From positions 62,062 to 126,000 of the forward strand of contig CAJNYD010000039.1 in the NCBI GenBank assembly GCA_905331295.1: a DNA stretch of 63,939 bases, read 5' to 3'. This stretch comes from Rotaria socialis (lineage: Eukaryota). How positions within the stretch are numbered: the first letter of the stretch is position 1; the number at the start of each line of letters is the position of its first letter. The notes under the pieces are model-generated. The model saw nothing but the letters and a program-made list of their open reading frames with translations. It made no database searches and had not been told where the DNA came from. Shown one piece after another: positions 40,764-53,768 of the stretch. Position numbers and translations under genes: made by a program.

Positions 40764-42149
40764 GATGATCAAGTAAAACATCTTTTCCATATATATGATT
40801 TCAGAATTTGATTCTTTTAAAAGAAGCCGTGTCGATGGCATAGTAATAATTCTTTTGATTTCACTTTGTGTATATTCTCGTTATGCTGAATTATTAAAAA
40901 ATCTTGTTGTTTTAATCATATATAGAAGTTTTAGTATTTGATTAATGAAATGCTTCTAACTCTCTCTCTCTCTCAATTATATCGTTAGGAAAATAAAAGC
41001 CAACAATTCCATCGGTTGTTATACTGCAATAATAAAGAATCAAAACAGAATACTATTTAACTTCCTGTAAACGATAACATCAGTTTTGAAGAAGAAAAAC
41101 GACGATACATTGTAATCACTTGCAAGACATAATATTATGGCGAAATGCAGATCTATTTTCAATAGCCGAATTTTATTTTTATATTCCAACTTGGACAACT
41201 ACGTCTCTGTCAATTAGTAACTCGTGATGCTAAGCTAATGTTTACTCTGCACTCATGGAGAGTGATTACCTTGCTGAAAATGATTTTAAATTCAGAAACG
41301 AATGTCGGAAAATTTCATTTTGATAAGTAGCAACATTTTATCTCTTACCACGTTGCTACTATTGAACGAATGTTTTATATAATACATAATTGATCGATAC
41401 GTATAATACAGGTATTAGAAACTAAATAGTTATAAGTTAATAAATTACAAAGATATATTATATAAATTGAAAATAAGTCAAATTTTTATGATTTATATAA
41501 TCATTTTTTAAATCACAAAGAAATAGAAAGCAAAATGAAGATCATATGTAGACTACACGAAATAGAATCGTGAACGAACGCTTCTATTCTTAACATATTG
41601 TTGTTTATGTCTGTGTCAGTTGAATCGCATCTATTCGAAACCTGAGTCCTGAGTGACTTGATTATGGTAAAATGTTTCAGTCCTCGTAATTAATCAAGAA
41701 GTCAGACTAAGAAAAGGTTTGCATCACAATAAAGCAATCCATTGGTACATTGGTAGACACAAAAGCATCTGTCACACCATTCGAAGTTGAATTATCAAAG
41801 TTTCTAGATGCAACGGTTTTGTTGGAAAGTTTTCTAATTTGTCAAACATTTCATATCCTGCATCAAACATGTAGTTGATCGAAAACAATTTTAACAAGAG
41901 TAAGAAAAAACATATCATCAATTAGTCAAATATACTCTCTACACAAGTAACCATAAGTTTTCTTTTTATCAAACTAGTATAATAAGCGACCAACTTCTTC
42001 GCACTTTTTCTCTTCGATGTCAGCCTTCTAATTCCGATGCGTACCGTGAAGTCACATTCTATAGGAAGATTATATTGATTTTTTACTGAGAAAATAATCC
42101 TGTCCATCAACAAAAATTATTACGGAGAATGTCTTCAAGTTCCACTGTC

Positions 42150-44496
42150 GAAAACGATCAATCAATTCTGATTATCTTATTGCTGTTTAAAATCATCATC
42201 CTTTTCAGTTCTTCATATCTGATTCTATTTTGGCTAATATCTAACTAGTTTCATGAGCGTCTATAATGGTTGTAGATTTAAGCCGACAATATGTATTAAA
42301 TCATGAGTTACAGTGTTGTGTGAAAGAGCATTCGCAAAATAATGAGCACCACGATCTGTTTTGATATTCGAGTCGATACGAAGTGCAATGAGTGTCTGTG
42401 TATAAGATAGATCGTCGCGAAATTGAGGCGAATAAGAATTCATGTACTACCGTATTGATCATAAGAGCATTCCCAAGACATTGTGCTCCGTGATCTTCAA
42501 TTTTATTGGAGCTAAGATCGAGTGTAGTTAGTGTCTTTTGTGAGAGTTGAATATTTGCAAAAAACACCGATGCTCTAATTAGAGTATTACCCATTTTAGT
42601 CGTAAGTGCATTTGCAATATATTCTGCTCCTTGATCTCCGATTTCATTACAGAAAATGAAAAGCGTAGTGAGTATCTGCATGAAAAAAAAAGAATATTGA
42701 AAAGACAATTAAGATTAGTTAATAGTCTGAAACTGTGTTGGTTGTAAGAATATCGGCTAGATATTGTGGTCCTTGATTTGATTGCTATGCAGCTTGATAT
42801 GTGTTGGTGTCTTCGTAAGAACTCTATATGGACAAGACAATCATTACTAGTAGGTTTTGTACTACCTTGTTGCTTGTGAGAGCATCGGCAAGATATTTTA
42901 TCCCTTGATCTGTGATTCGATTGGTATCAAGCTTAAGCGATATCAGTGGCTGTGTAAGAACTGAATAGTTGCAATACAAAAATAGCTGAAAAACAATGTA
43001 TTATTGAGTTCTGTTTTAGATCGTCACCACGATGTTGTACTCCTTGAACTTCGATTTCGTTATAGGCAAGTGCAAGTGTGGTGAGTGTCTGAATGGAATT
43101 TTCAGATTCACTGGATTAAGATGAGCATTGTGTATAAATGTTATAATACGTTGTTCTTCATGAGAGCATAGCCCATAAATTTCGCTCCTAGATTTTTTAT
43201 TTCATTATCTGAAAGATCAATTCTAGCGACTGTCTACGTATCACGCGTATTTTGACAAAACGAAGATGAATAGTAAATCATGTGTTACGCATTTTTCTAT
43301 GAGAGCATCGGCTTGATGTTGTGCTCCTTGATCTTCGATACCATTACTTTGAAGGTCAAGCGAAGTGATTGTCTATGTGATCAAAAGGCAGTTTAAAAAC
43401 TAACAGAGTTCTTTTTAAGAGCATTGGCAGGATACTGTGCTCCCGCATCTCTGATATCATTACAAGTCAATGGGAGTGTGGTGATTGTCTGTATAATTTT
43501 TATAGCTTCATAAGAGGAGAATAAATGTTAAATCATATATATTACCGTGTTGTATATAAGAGAATTCGCGATACTCTGCGTTCCTAAACATCCGATTTGA
43601 TTATTTTCAATATTAATTGTGGTGAGTGTCTATATAAGAACTGATGATAGACAAGACAAAGGTCAACAGTAAATAGTGCATTACTGTATTGTTCGCAAGA
43701 CCATCAGCAATAAGTTGTACCCCTTGCTTGGTGATATTATTTAAGCTAAGATGAAGTTTCGGGAGTGTCTGCAAGCATCTTACTAATTCAAATGATGAGG
43801 ATGAGTGTCAAATCTTGTATTACTGTGTTCGTTTTGAAAGCATTACCAAGATATTGCGACCCTAAACTTCCGATTTGATTGCCACAAAGTTCGAGCGTGG
43901 TCAGTATCTATTTGAAAATGTCTTTTAACTGGACGATTACCGATAGTAAACCAGGTAATACCGTGCTTCTCCTGAGGGTAATGCCAAGACGTTGTGCCCC
44001 GTGGTCTTCTATGGAATTTCCGCGAAGATTAAGTATAGCTAGGGTCTGCGTGAAAAATGGACATTAACAAGATGAATTTAAGTAGTAAGCGATTTATTTT
44101 AACCTTGTTAGTTTTGAGCATGTTGGTAAGATATTGTGTTTCTCGGCCGCTTATATCACTGCGTTTCAGATTGAGTGCAGTAATTGTCTGCATGCCAAGT
44201 CAACATTAGCAAAATGGAAATGAGTAATCGAACGAATATTACTGTATTGGCAGCAAGAGCATCAGCGAGATGTTGAGCGACTTTACGTTTAATGTCACGG
44301 CTACTCAAATTATCAGTAAGTTTGAAGTTTTCAATTTTTTCGATGTGAAAGTGAATAAACTGAAAATATTTTTGTTGTACTGCAAAAGGAAGATGATCGA
44401 ATTGAATTTTCAGCCCCTTTTTTCGAACAATTAGTGAAAATCAACTCGAAATGATTTAATTTTCGATTGGCAACTTTTCGGTTTGATGTTTTCCAT
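42150..44496 (-). pseudogene. Ribonuclease-inhibitor/NLRC3-like 28-aa LRR gene, partly degenerate
   Basis: About 15 exons of ~84 bp at ~140-bp period, e.g. TLTTLDLSSNKIEDHGAQCLGNALMINT; frameshifts in some exons (~42780, ~42245). Confidence 0.75.
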
Positions 44497-47400
44497 TGCT
44501 GGCTGGTAGAATAATCACCAATGCAATATGAACTCTTCTTGTATTATTTTCCCGATTTCTTCTGTTAAATGCAACATTCTTTTACAGAGAAATTTTCGAT
44601 AGCTGTTTGCCTAAGGAATGGATTAAATAGATATTTTTTTCAGTTGCTACGTAGTAATGCGATTTCAATGTCGCAATTATAAATACTACAATCCTAGAAT
44701 GAAAATAAAAAGCAAATATCTATTTTTTAGTGATAAGAGTATAACAGTCTAATTTTCTATTTCTCTTTCAAACAGTATATTTCTATGAAAGAATGTTTGG
44801 TGAGGATTCTTTTCAATAATTGTTTTTAAGCCGTTTGATGACTCTACGAGTTGTTAATTGAAATTCACGAGCTTTAGAATCTATGAAATATCAAATTAGT
44901 TATGCTCGCTGAGTTAACAGTCAATTTATCTGAAGGAGTTTCGTGAAATTCGTCTTATTGTATTATTTTGTATTTACAAAAATCACAGAGAAAAAAACTA
45001 AAAATTTAATCAAATTCTTGCAAATGTATTTGACTTAATATTCATAAAAGTCAAGATAGCATTTTCAAATAAAAAAAAGCTAAATTACTCAAAAGAGAAA
45101 TTTATTGAAGTGATAAAATCTATCTTCATGACAACGAAGTATTTTACGTGCTATCGATGATAAGTATCAATAATGGTATTCAGTCGTGTGCAAACATTAC
45201 GAACTGAACATAGAATCGCCAATTCATAAAGATTGTCCAGAATACGATACACAAGCGCAATGCGTAATACCAAAATTGAGGAACAGATTTTATCCTACAT
45301 TAATGGTGATTGTTTTCAAATATAATACAATTTTTTTTAAATAAGTGTCTGTTGATGTGTAGTTTTTCTCTTTATCTCTATGCTTATGGACAGTGCCATA
45401 AAAATTCCTTATGACAACAGAATTGCAGTAAATCTGCTATGACTAACTCCATGAAAAAGCATCAACAACCCTTGCCGCATATAACATTTTCCACTTGCAC
45501 TGTGGAGTAGAATGACAAGTTTTTTTTATTGATTGAATATAACTATTCTTTCACTCACATTCCTTGTCTTGGAGTGTTTTGCTACTGAAAATATACGATT
45601 CTTCACGAAGTCGAAGAAATTATGCCTAATCATATTTTTCAAAAATCGTAGCTAAAACACTTTCAAATGTTTCCAACGAATCATAGTATTGCTGTATTTT
45701 GGCCAATTTTTTTTACAGTACCTTCAATGATAATAGAAAACTACGCTAGAACAAAATCGTCTCTTTCACAATAATCGAAATGCTTGACTGTTTTCAAAAG
45801 TAAATAGAATTATTCACTAGAAAAATTAATTCTTAAACGAATGTACTGATTTACGCTTTTCTTCACTTCTGACAATTCAAAATTATCTTTGTGATCAATC
45901 GCCGATTTACATCACGTTCAATATGAATTTTATTTCTTAACGTCAAATTATGAAGCAATATTTTTCCGACAACAGTCAATTTATCATCATGGGTCAAAAA
46001 CAAAATCTATTCTATCCAAAACAGTTCATTGATGAGTTCATTCAATTTTTGTTCTAGCGATCAAAAAAGCAGTTGATCATTATATCCAGGTTTCATTCTC
46101 AAAATTTGCTTAATGATGCGAATGATATTCAACTCCAATTGATGTAAAAAACCTAATATTTGTGTTCGTTTCATGTTAGAGCCATTTGAACCCTACGTGC
46201 AAGCACTTATCGTAGAAAATAAATACTAGATCTTTAAATAGATCGATATCTGATGACCGGAATTTTATAATGCATGCAATAAATATCCCTAGCGAAGGTG
46301 TTCTTAGACAAGCACCGATAGAGTACTCACTTGAGAAAATGCCGCAAGTATCCAAAGATTTTGAGTGCTTAGCAGTATTAGGCATATCGGAATATTAGTA
46401 ACTGAAAGTACAATTATTCAGTACTCACCTTGCACTATCGAGTGCTTCGTAAATATTCGTGCATGATTTCTGTGTATTCTGATGATTTATGTGGAACTGC
46501 TCATAGGTTTATGTGGTATTTAGTTTTATTGTACTACACCAATTTCATATAAAAAATGTAGGCGCGAATGAAAATTGCAGTCCCATCGTTCCCACAACAT
46601 TCTAACATTCTCGACTAAAATTAGCAGCCTCATCTAATCAGCCTTAAGACAGAAAAAAAACGAACACATGTTAAAATATATTTTGAAATGACTACACAAC
46701 TTTAATTCGAATCAACTTCTTGTGACTTACACGAAGTGATCGATGAATAAACAAACATTTGTTTCAGTCAAAACTTTTATATTATCGGGCAGTTAATTTA
46801 GAGCAATAGAAATCGCCATTAATTTTTCCTAGTTCAAATTATTTTATTTTTTGATGGTAAAATTAATAGTTTGTATTTAAAAGAAAAAACAATAATCATA
46901 GAAGCCAGAGATCATATTTCATTTTAATAAAAAATCATTTATCTATACAATTATATTTGAATCATTGAATATATCTATTGAAATTTGATATCGTATTCAA
47001 ATGATTTCTATTTTTATTATTATCTTAATTATAATGAAAAGAAACCGTTGGAAACACTTTGTTTACTACGAAATACAATAGCCATTCTATTAAATTCATA
47101 GCTTTTTAAAATTTAAATTTATATACGTAATACGACCAGCATATGATTTTTCTTTATTTACTCATATTCTTTGAAAAGAGAATTGAAAATCATGGTAGCA
47201 GTAATCTGCTAATATTTTGTTTCTATTAACATATACAAAAAAAAAATATTTAAACGTATGAAAAAATTTATATTCGTATTTGGTATGTTTTTGTATCATT
47301 ATCACTTTCTTCATTGAAATTGATTTTGTCAAGAATCCGATTTATGTTCTTCAATTGATTAATTGTACTATTCGTCATTGTTTGAGAAGATATATCAGTT

Positions 47401-47899
47401 TGATGAACATTATCTAAAGTATAGATTAAATATATGTAAAATAGTTTTTTTTCATGTTCTTTTACGTCGATTGGCCTAGGTAAAAGCATATATTTCAAGG
47501 TTTTTCATAAATATCACAGATCGAATTACTTTCATAATGTCTTAAAGAAATTTGTTTCCTACGAGAGAAATTGGTTAGTAAGTGTACTTATGCCTGCCGA
47601 AGACTTTTTCTTTATAACTATAATGCTGCTTGGTATCTTTTTTTGTGGAAGTCTCAAAACAACCAAGAGATGTTTAGTATTAGACTGAATCAGGTCTTAA
47701 CCCAATGAGAAACGAATTGGAACGAAAATAGTTACCTTACCAATGCTAATTATCGTACCATTTTTATTATTGTCCTACTATCATTTTGACACTTCGAAAA
47801 AGCGACTAAAATTGAAGAATAATCCAAACACATCCTTCGTATCGTTTAGAAATTCTATTAGAAAGTCGACTTCATTGAAATGATAGATATTTTTTCTCG

Positions 47900-49640
47900 T
47901 TAAGCGGTATTAATATAAAGTACATAATCGAAACAAAATACTTCTATTCAGAGTAAAAAGAAAACGTATCTAAGGATTCGATCAAAATTAAATAGAAAAC
48001 GCATCAAAAGCATACCGACTGATCGAGATTTAGTTGGTGACATAGATTCTTTGGTTAAATTTGTCCCAATTATGGAATATTTTACTAATGAATTTAATGA
48101 TCCATGCGAATGATTCATTATCGAAGGTAAATGCTCGATAGTCGGTTCCCAAGCGCCTTAATAAGCATAATAGAGAATATTGTTAATTGCAGACGAGAAA
48201 ATATTCATTCTTACGCATGTCAACAATTTGTTGTTGTAAAGCTCGGACCCAATTTCTTAAGGTAAATACATCGTGAACAAAAAGTTCTTCTCTATTAAAG
48301 CCAAGATTCTCAATGATAAATGAATGTTGATTATCCCGTGTTGAAATAATTGTATCCTAATGTTAAAGAAAACTTTCAACATGAGGAAAAATAATCGATG
48401 ATAATAAAAAATTCTACCGATGTAATTGGTATAGAAAATCGATGTTGATCTGAAGCATCGTCTCCTACGATTTCTTCGCCATTTAAACAGCCGGTAGCTA
48501 ATGTACATGAATATTGTGTATTATTAGTTTCTAAAATTCCAGCATATGTTGATGAGCATAGATAACATAATGGTTGAATCGTAAAGCGTGAGATAAAAGA
48601 TGGACGAATTGGTAAGCGCATGAGAGGATTTTCTTGCAAGCGTTCCATTTGCAGATCGTAAACTTTAGCCATTTTGTCAGCGGATCCTTTGTTAAATATT
48701 TTACGAGCAATTAAAACAAATTTTGATTGTGGTTGAACCGATGATTTAGACTGAAAATTTTCTTTTAGTTCACTTAAATGAAAGCTTTCAATTTCTTACA
48801 CTGTTTGAATTTGATTTTGGCATTTTTTGTGATCCATGCGTAGAAAAATAACTATAGCGATTAGCAAAATCTTTAACTGATGATGACAGAGCAAGGCTTT
48901 TATTTAATGCATAGACTTCCAAATGCAATTGAAAATCATGTGGAACATTATTACTTAAATTTGAAACAAGACGAATAAGGACTAGTCAAACAAACATAAA
49001 CCTTACAAGATCAGTTTCTCTGTAAAAACTATTTCAGTAGATTTTTTATCAATGTATTTCATTGTTGTATCGATTATTTCGCATCCAATTCGTGCCAAAC
49101 AAAAGACAGCAAATCTTTTTTGACCTTAATTGACATTTAAAAATTATAGATGAATAAATTTACATCTAGTTAATGTCTACCTGATTTTGCTTTCATACCG
49201 GTCCATATTAATGGTAAACGAATATCGGATAGAACAACTGTTGATTTTGCTGCTTCCATGCTTTTTAAAACGAAATTTAAACGAGAAAATCAGCTTTGAA
49301 TGAACTAAATATATTATTCTTTATACTTTGTATCGTCAGATTTAAGTAAATTTTGTTGCTTTCTTTGTATTTCAGCCATAAATGCTAACATCCTTTGTTG
49401 AGAAAGAATGAGAGCTTTATGGCATTCAATTGTTTGCTCGAGTGTTGTAGCCACGTTAAGTAATTTACTTATACCATCTATCATTTTCACTTCACGATCA
49501 ATTTTACGTTCCAATTCGGGATCCTGTTTTTAAAATAAATAAAATATTTAATTAGTTTTTGTTGTTCTGATTTTACATACCCAAATAAAGAATGAAACAA
49601 CACGTTTCTCTCTATTATTAAGAGTGCTCATCGATTCCAT
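47900..49640 (-). CDS. RTKN: Rhotekin-like protein (HR1, anillin-homology, PH); 3' end uncertain
   Basis: LERKIDREVKMIDGISKLL, LSDIRLPLIW, FAVFCLARIG, NVPHDFQLHLEVY; multiple short introns. Confidence 0.75.
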
Positions 49641-51169
49641 TTGTTTTTTGAAGCGAACAAGAAGTTAGCTGTGATTGATTTCAATAGATTAAAAGAAAAA
49701 AGTGACACAGTAGGGAGCGAAAACAAACGTAAATGTCACATTTTCTTTGACGCTTGAAACTTTTTTCTTTTTCTTGTTCGTTTTCTTTTTTTTTACTTTT
49801 CGTCTCGTCTTTTAAATGTAGTGACATGAGAACAAGGCAAATATGTACTGTTTAATGTTTGAGAATTTCATCGTACAAGACTCCCACCTACGTGGGTGGA
49901 CAGATGTGTCTTCGGGTTAAATTGTCATTGATTATGCGGTTTTTCGAAATTTATACGATACTTAGTTTCTTTTCAAACATAAAGTAGTGATTTTTATTTA
50001 TCCTTTTTTCATAGAATCGTGAAGTAAAGAATAATAAACTCAAGGATTTCAATCGTTATTTATATTTAATCACATAAAAAATGTATACCGATTTTGTGGT
50101 TTATTCAGAAAAAATGATGATCTACCCTTTAAAACGATTCAAAATCATGATTTTGTTGCTTTACATATTTATATAAATCACTACATTTGGCACGGATCCA
50201 AATTAATCGATGATTGCTCATAAAAACAAATTCTTCATCTTCAATAAATATGCAACTTTAAAAATAGCATACTCATGCTGAAGAGATAAAACACGAAATA
50301 AAAAGAAAAATTATTCAAATAAATTCGGTTCCATTTTAAAAACTAAAAAAAGTAAAGTAAATATAAAATTCTATATACATATATAGCAATTCTTTATTAA
50401 CTTTTTGTTGTTTTTCAATATCAGAATTGTTTTCGTTATAAAGAAAAAAATCATCTTATTGGTACTTACACTTTCGAGAAAAAAACTTCATTCCTTCGTT
50501 ATTCAACATATAATTTCTCGTACAAGACGGTTCATTGAAATATTTCATAATAAATCAAAAATTTATAAACTATATACTTCGCGATATTAATTCTTTCTTT
50601 TTGTTTCTCTCATATAATTCATAAGAAGAAAAAAAGAGAAAAAAAAACACAATGCGTACGTGACGAGTGACAGATTGAGTAAATAATAAGCAGAAATAAT
50701 AATAATAATAATAATAATAATAGACAGACAAAGAAGAAGAAAAAAATTCTTTTTTTCTATATTTACACAAACATACATATACTTAGTACTATCAAATAGA
50801 TAGTAAGGACGGCGCCGATTTGTGTTTTTGTTTTGTTTTGTTATCATTCACACGGGACAGTGTACACACTAGCAACCATTCAATAGAAAAACAAATGCAA
50901 CTCGGGACTGATTTTGATCATCATATGAAAACAAAAAGAAAAGAAAATCATAGATACATAAACATGAAAAAAGACGCTATTCTACACAATAAGATCTGGC
51001 AACAGAAACCATGGAATGGTCAGGAAAAAAAACACAAACGAGAAAGAAATATCTGAGGAATGTATAATGATAAGGACGGAGACTAAATGGAAGCACGCGC
51101 ACGTCGTTAAATTCAAAAAAAGAAAAGAAAGCGAAAGCGAAAACGAAAATATTATCAATCAATTTTGTT

Positions 51170-51262
51170 TTAATGTGGATGTTGTTGTTGTTGTAACATA
51201 TCAACAAAGGCAGCATTTAAATTAAATGAAGTTGGTGATGATGGAACCATTGTTGGTGCAAA

Positions 51263-51294
<32 letters not shown>

Positions 51295-53768
51295 TAGAAT
51301 TATTTGATAGTGATGACGATGAATTCATTCGTTTGGTTGCTTGTAAAACTTGATGAGAATCAAGTAATAACTGACTTTTAGGTGGTCGACCGGGGCCCCG
51401 TTTTTTTGTTGCCATCAATGGCATATCAAGTCCATTACCTGTACCTCCAATAGCATGTGATAATTTCGTAGCATGGGATGAGGCTGGTAAACTATGACGA
51501 GTGTGTCCAGCTGACTGTTTAACCATCGATGCTGGTACACCACTAAAATACAGACCACAAGATTTATTGTTTAATAAGTTTCCACTTAAAAATTAGCTTT
51601 CGACTTACTTTCTTATAGCTGGAACAGAAGAAGGTACAGACGATGGCATGGAAAGACCAGCTTGATGTCCAAGCATAGATGCTAATGCAGATTGAAATGC
51701 CGCCGATGACGTTCGTGATGAATTTCCGGTAACACTATTTTCAATTGCAGCAAATAATTGATCGTACGATGACGGATCTAGATCGTGTGAAGATAGACCA
51801 GGCATTGCTCCTCGTTCAGTAACATATTTAGGTGGTCTACCACGACGTCTCGGTGCAAAATTGCCACGCTCAAATGTAGAAGTATTCGTTGGTGGTATCA
51901 TATTTGTACTTGAACGCATGATTTGTGGTTGTGAATGTTGTTTTGGTGGACGACCAACGCGTTTAGTTACTGTACCCGGCGGTGTTAAACCTAGTAGTTG
52001 TTGTTTGAGTAACGATGAAGTATCAGTATCATTGGCTTGTGTGGACATCATTAATTGTTGAGTCATTTGCCATAGAAGTTGTTGGTGTTGTTGTTGTTGA
52101 AGCGATAAAGGTGTTGTTGGTTGTGATGATGATGATGATGATAATGTTTCAGATGTTTTTTGTCGTTTCGCAGATGGTGGAGAAGAAAATGATGAAGATG
52201 ATAATGAATGTTTTTGTTTGACTAATTGCTGTTGAGAATTTAAATGCATCATTTTCGTAAATTCATTAAATAGTGCAGATGAATCTGATAATTTTGATGA
52301 TGATAAAGATTGTTGAGATTGAGATTTAGACGATTTTATGCTAAATAAGTAAACATTTTCTTTTCATTATTTGGCAAACAAAACTTTTTTTACTAAAAAA
52401 AAACCATACAAAGCTTCATTGATAAATACATGAGAATACTTTTATGGATTCTTTATAAATGTAAGTGGTTTTGCAAAAAAATAAACTTTTTATTTTATAG
52501 AATCGATGTCAACTTAAGTTTTCTTTCTTTTCGGATCAAATTCAATTTTACTACTGAGAATTTTCGATACTAATCTTATTTTTCAATCTACGCAATGAAT
52601 CAAAATAATAAATGAAAATCTAAAGGTACACCAATTAATTGAAATATAAATTATAAATGTACTTCTAGAATAGTTTCATATGTAATGATTGACGCCAAGT
52701 TTATTTTCCTATATCGTGACGTTTCTTCTCGACTTATTTATTACCGAAAGTTTTTTTTTTCTGTCTGAAACTTGCGCTCTTTTCTTAATGAGCTTTTTTT
52801 CCATCTTAATCCTTCTTTACGACAAAATACTTTTAATTGTAGAGCCAAAGAAAAGAGAATTAAAATTCAATTTACCTGTTCGTATGAATAGAATCACTCA
52901 TATGATGTTTACCATTGGTTAATTTTTGTTCGCGTTTATGCGTAGATTTCGATAGACCATTTGTTGATGGTTTATGATTTGAATATCCATTCGTTTTGAT
53001 AAGATGGACGTGTGGTTTAAAATTCTTCTGTCGCTGTTGTCGTATATTTTGAACAATGTTTGTCACAATATCAGCTAAAAGATCATCAACGATTTCTAGA
53101 ATATTATCTTCCTCGTGATAATTATTATTATTTTCATCGTAGTCATTGTGATTATTATCGATTAAATGTTTCGGTAGTAAATCTAATTGAATACAATTTT
53201 GTTGTTTATTATGATAATATTCATCAATGTGATTTTCATTATTGAAATCATCGGTTATCTCATTGATATCTTCTTGATCAGATGTCAATATTGGTTGATC
53301 ATGGTGATGATGAACGATTGATGAAGATTTCGATGATGATAATGGTAATAAGCGTTGTTGTGGAGCTGAACTTTTAGCTATGTGCGGAGATAATTGTAAA
53401 CGACGTGGAACACCTTTTCGACGTCCACCACGTTCAGATTGAATCGAATGTTGTTGAGGTGCCGGTGGAGGTTGTGGTATAACGATTTCTTGTTCATCTT
53501 GATTTTCTTCGTCATCAATGTCATCTTCTTCGATTTCATCTTCATCGATTTCATCGTCCGGATATGGTCGAATTGGATCATAACTTTGTAAGACATCTTC
53601 TTCCTCTTCCTCTTCATGATTCTCTTCTCCTTCTTCTTCATCATTATCATCATCATCATCCTCTAATTCGTCTTCTTCATGTTCAATTTCATCATCAATA
53701 TTATTAATTGAATAATGATGTCCATTGCCATTATTATTTAAAAAAGGTAATAACGATGGATCATCCAT
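51170..53768 (-). CDS. Low-complexity AT-hook protein (~665 aa); exons 53768-52876, 52340-51609, 51542-51170
   Basis: Two phase-2 GT-AG introns join three ORFs in frame; KRVGRPPK, RRRGRPPK, KKRGPGRPPK; acidic N-terminus, Q/S/N tracts. Confidence 0.8.

Noticed and set aside
45550..46175. Coding-like minus-strand remnant
   Set aside because: Many stops and frameshifts; cannot assign a family
50405..51225. Several short ORFs in both directions
   Set aside because: Low-complexity 3'UTR or microsatellite sequence downstream of the AT-hook gene
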